Shown here piece after piece: positions 60,733 through 64,000 of a stretch of 64,000 nt of DNA. A program made the position numbers and the translations under genes. Position 1 is the first letter of the stretch, and every line of letters starts with the position of its first letter. Source of the DNA: Escherichia coli (GTDB taxonomy: Bacteria; Pseudomonadota; Gammaproteobacteria; Enterobacterales; Enterobacteriaceae); assembly GCF_045037415.1 (NCBI RefSeq), contig NZ_CP173438.1. The stretch is one strand, 5' to 3'. The notes beneath the pieces are model-generated. The model did no database searches. It was not told where the DNA came from and worked only from the letters and a program-made list of their open reading frames with translations.

Positions 60733-61335
60733 CAGCCACAGGCCCTCAATGATATGAAATAAAGTTGGCTGGAGTTTATCATAATTCGTCAGTTTTTCAG
60801 CTCAACAGTATGCACAGAAGTGGTATATGCGTTCTCCCTTACGAAGCCTTGCATAATCCTTCTGAGCTATCATTACAACTGCCTCGCTTGTTATAAGCGG
60901 GTAAATGACTGCCGGTAACTATTCACAATCTTTAACCTGTTGCGCATGTAATAGCCCTCTGTTGACCTCCAGGAGATAGTGCAATACTAAGTCCCTGCTC
61001 TTATTGCGACTGTTCTACTTTTCATCATTCGCTTAATAGGGAATTCTCGTAAACACGACTAATACAGAAGACTGAAAGGTCGTCAGCCTACGATTATCTC
61101 CCCATAAAATGTGACATGAATCAGGAAGTTTTAACCTCACGTGCTGCGAAATCATCGGTGCAAATAGGGCTATATGCCGCGTCTTTTCTGGCTAATTTTA
61201 TGAAAAGATATTTATTGGCGGCACAAAATAAAGAACAATTTTGAATTCCTTACATTCCTGGCTATTGCACAACTGAATTTAAGGCTCTATTATTACCTCA
61301 ACAAACCACCCCAATATAAGTTTGAGATTACTACA

Positions 61336-61749
61336 ATGAGCGAAGCACTTAAAATTCTGAACAACATCCGTACTCTTCGTGCGCAGGCAAGAGAATGTAC
61401 ACTTGAAACGCTGGAAGAAATGCTGGAAAAATTAGAAGTTGTTGTTAACGAACGTCGCGAAGAAGAAAGCGCGGCTGCTGCTGAAGTTGAAGAGCGCACT
61501 CGTAAACTGCAGCAATATCGCGAAATGCTGATCGCTGACGGTATTGACCCGAACGAACTGCTGAATAGCCTTGCTGCCGTTAAATCTGGCACCAAAGCTA
61601 AGCGTGCTCAGCGTCCGGCAAAATATAGCTACGTTGACGAAAACGGCGAAACTAAAACCTGGACTGGCCAGGGCCGTACTCCAGCTGTAATCAAAAAAGC
61701 AATGGATGAGCAAGGTAAATCCCTCGACGATTTCCTGATCAAGCAATAA
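61336..61749 (+). CDS. hns: Nucleoid-associated protein H-NS
   Basis: 137 aa, [36 protein letters not shown]. Confidence 0.95.
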
Positions 61750-61771
61750 TCTTTTGTAGATTGCACATGCT

Positions 61772-61800
61772 AAAAATCCCGCCATCGGCGGGATTTTTTA
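61772..61800. terminator. Intrinsic terminator downstream of hns
   Basis: AAAAATCCCGCC-atcg-GCGGGATTTTTTA. Confidence 0.6.
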
Positions 61801-61893
61801 TTGTCCGGTTTAAGACAATTTAATAAGAATAAGCTATAAAAAAAACGGCGTCGATTGCTCAACACCGTTTCGTGGAAAACACCGATACGGATG

Positions 61894-62802
61894 TTACTTC
61901 TTAATGCCCATCTCTTCTTCAAGCCAGGCTTTAAATTCCGTGCCAAGGGTGTTATGACGAATACCGTATTCAACGAAGGCCTGCATGTAACCTAATTTAT
62001 TACCGCAGTCATGGCTCTTCCCTTTCATATGATAGGCTTCAACCGTTTCTTTTTCGATCAGCATATCAATTGCGTCGGTGAGCTGAATTTCATCACCAGC
62101 TCCAGGAGGGGTTTTTGCCAGCAACGGCCAAATATCCGCGCTAAGTACGTAACGACCCACAATAGCGAGATTAGACGGCGCAACATCCGCTTTTGGTTTT
62201 TCAACCACGCCAACCATCGGTACGCTTTCACCCGGCGCTAATTCAACGCCTTTGCAATCCACAACGCCATATGCGGTCACATCAGCAACCGGTTCAACCA
62301 TGATCTGGCTATGACCCGTTTCATCAAAGCGGCGGATCATCTCTGCCAGGTTATCCTGTGATAAATCGGATTCATATTCATCCAGAATAACGTCAGGCAA
62401 AATAACAGCCACAGGTTCATCACCCACTACCGGGTGAGCACACAATACCGCGTGTCCCAGGCCTTTCGCCAGCCCCTGACGAACTTGCATAATAGTCACG
62501 TGCGGCGGACAAATAGACTGCACTTCATCAAGCAGTTGACGTTTTACACGTTTTTCCAGCATTGCTTCCAGTTCAAAACTGGTATCAAAGTGGTTTTCAA
62601 TAGAGTTTTTAGATGAGTGAGTAACCAGCACAATTTCAGTAATGCCAGCCGCAATACATTCATTCACGACGTATTGAATTAATGGCTTATCGACAAGTGG
62701 CAGCATCTCTTTCGGGATGGCTTTCGTCGCCGGCAACATCCTGGTTCCTAATCCCGCTACGGGGATAACGGCTTTTTTGACTTTCGTATTAATGGCAGCC
62801 AT
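61894..62802 (-). CDS. galU: UTP-glucose-1-phosphate uridylyltransferase
   Basis: 302 aa, [33 protein letters not shown]. Confidence 0.9.
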
Positions 62803-63003
62803 TTAAATTCTCCTGGACTGTTCGTGTTTTGAACGTGTTCATATTTCTGTATCGCATCCCAGTATATCAGCACCCCGAAGGGGCTAAGTTCTGAAAAGGA
62901 GGCGAGTTAGCATAATTAAGACAATTACTTATACGAATAGCGACGATAGTACCACCAGCCGACATTAGCAGGTAATGCAAATTTAGCCCGTGTTATCGTT
63001 TGC

Positions 63004-64000
63004 TCATTCTGCAGACAACATCAAGCGCAGCCGACCACCGGTTCCCCATATTTGGCATTGCCAGGCATCGCATCGCTGGCTCAATTGATTCAAATAAGCG
63101 TTACCTAAAGTGCCTAACGGAACACCATTACTGATTTGCACCTGATGTTCGCCGGTATTTAACGTCGCATTCAGACCCGCAGAAACCAGAATGAGATTTT
63201 TCAGTTCGCGATGATAATAGCCAACTAATAGCGGAAACTGCCCCGGCAGATTGGCCTGACGGAGTAAATGGTTTACCTGCTTCAATAACGCGCCCAACTC
63301 TGGCAACCGTTGATTTTGGTGTGCAAGCTGTTCCTGTAATAATCCGTTAAACAATGCGCGTAATAACAAGGCAGCAAGTACGCCATTATGTCCAGCTCGG
63401 GTGACATCAAGGCAATAAAATGCCAGATCGTTTTCCGAAAGTGCGGCAATATCAAGCACCAGGCCGGGTTTGTCCGCGGCAACTAATTGACGATAATTAA
63501 CCCGGCATTGGGAAATCACCTGCTGAACCGGCGGTTGTAGTTCCTGTAATAATTTCGCCGCTGCAGCAGGGTTATCAACCATTGCATCCCAGTCGCGAAA
63601 AAGCCTTTCCTCTTCCTCAACGCGGGAATTAAACATGCTGGGATAGAGACAGGCAAAAACCATCTCGCGCAAGCGATTCAGATCTTTAACCGGTTTCAGC
63701 AAAACATCTTCAACGCCCAGACGTAACGCTTTGGCAATATCTGCCATATTTTCAGTGGCAGATATCACCAGAACTGGTGTCTGGTCACCTCTGTTGCGTA
63801 TATGTTCCAGCAGTTTAAGCCCGTTCATTCGTGGCATCGCGATATCACATATCATCAGGTCTGGAGTGAAACCTCCCAGCAACTCAAGGGCATCCACCCC
63901 ATCAGCCGCCAGTACCGTTGTCGCTCCCAATGAGGAAAACCACGAATCCAGAAGCGAGCGAAATACCTGCTCATCTTCAACAATGAGAATCTGTTTTCCG
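63004..64000 (-). CDS. rssB: Response regulator RssB (5' end outside window)
   Basis: C-terminal 330 codons of RssB; ORF still open at the window end. Confidence 0.9.
   Translation of the reverse strand, partial: GKQILIVEDEQVFRSLLDSWFSSLGATTVLAADGVDALELLGGFTPDLMICDIAMPRMNGLKLLEHIRNRGDQTPVLVISATENMADIAKALRLGVEDVLLKPVKDLNRLREMVFACLYPSMFNSRVEEEERLFRDWDAMVDNPAAAAKLLQELQPPVQQVISQCRVNYRQLVAADKPGLVLDIAALSENDLAFYCLDVTRAGHNGVLAALLLRALFNGLLQEQLAHQNQRLPELGALLKQVNHLLRQANLPGQFPLLVGYYHRELKNLILVSAGLNATLNTGEHQVQISNGVPLGTLGNAYLNQLSQRCDAWQCQIWGTGGRLRLMLSAE

Overview
Escherichia coli chromosomal segment with a K-12-like backbone. Positions 1 to about 40,600 are the right-hand ~40 kb of a mosaic lambdoid prophage; the window opens inside tail gene J, so the left prophage end lies outside it. 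Late and structural genes run on the minus strand: lambda-like tail module J-I-K-L-M-H-GT-V, HK97-like head and packaging genes (portal, prohead protease fused to capsid, terL, terS, HNH, cos), a phage-21/Qin-like lysis cassette, nanS-p, two tRNAs, a DNA methyltransferase, Q with PR'/tR', a Qin-like rusA-ydfU-rem-hok block, and a Rac/CP-933P-like ydaT-cro-cI immunity region with O-like and DnaC-like replication genes. Early-left genes and xis-int run on the plus strand, with int abutting the 3' end of ompW. Positions 40,648 to 64,000 are conserved core genes: ompW, yciCBA, tonB, yciI, kch, clsA, yciU, oppFDCBA, ychE, adhE, an internally deleted IS4-family element, tdk, hns, galU and partial rssB. 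No stx genes, CRISPR array or rRNA were found. The most notable observations are a CI-type repressor with Ala at the LexA-type catalytic serine, three tandem small hydrophobic peptide ORFs between endolysin and spanins, an antisense ORF inside the lysis cassette, AT-rich ORFs in the slot where stx normally sits, a promoter-terminator unit (candidate sRNA) between tail genes I and J, and an ORF-poor hairpin-rich stretch in the early-left operon. All calls rest on reading the sequence and ORF translations by eye against remembered protein families; no database search or RNA folding was run.
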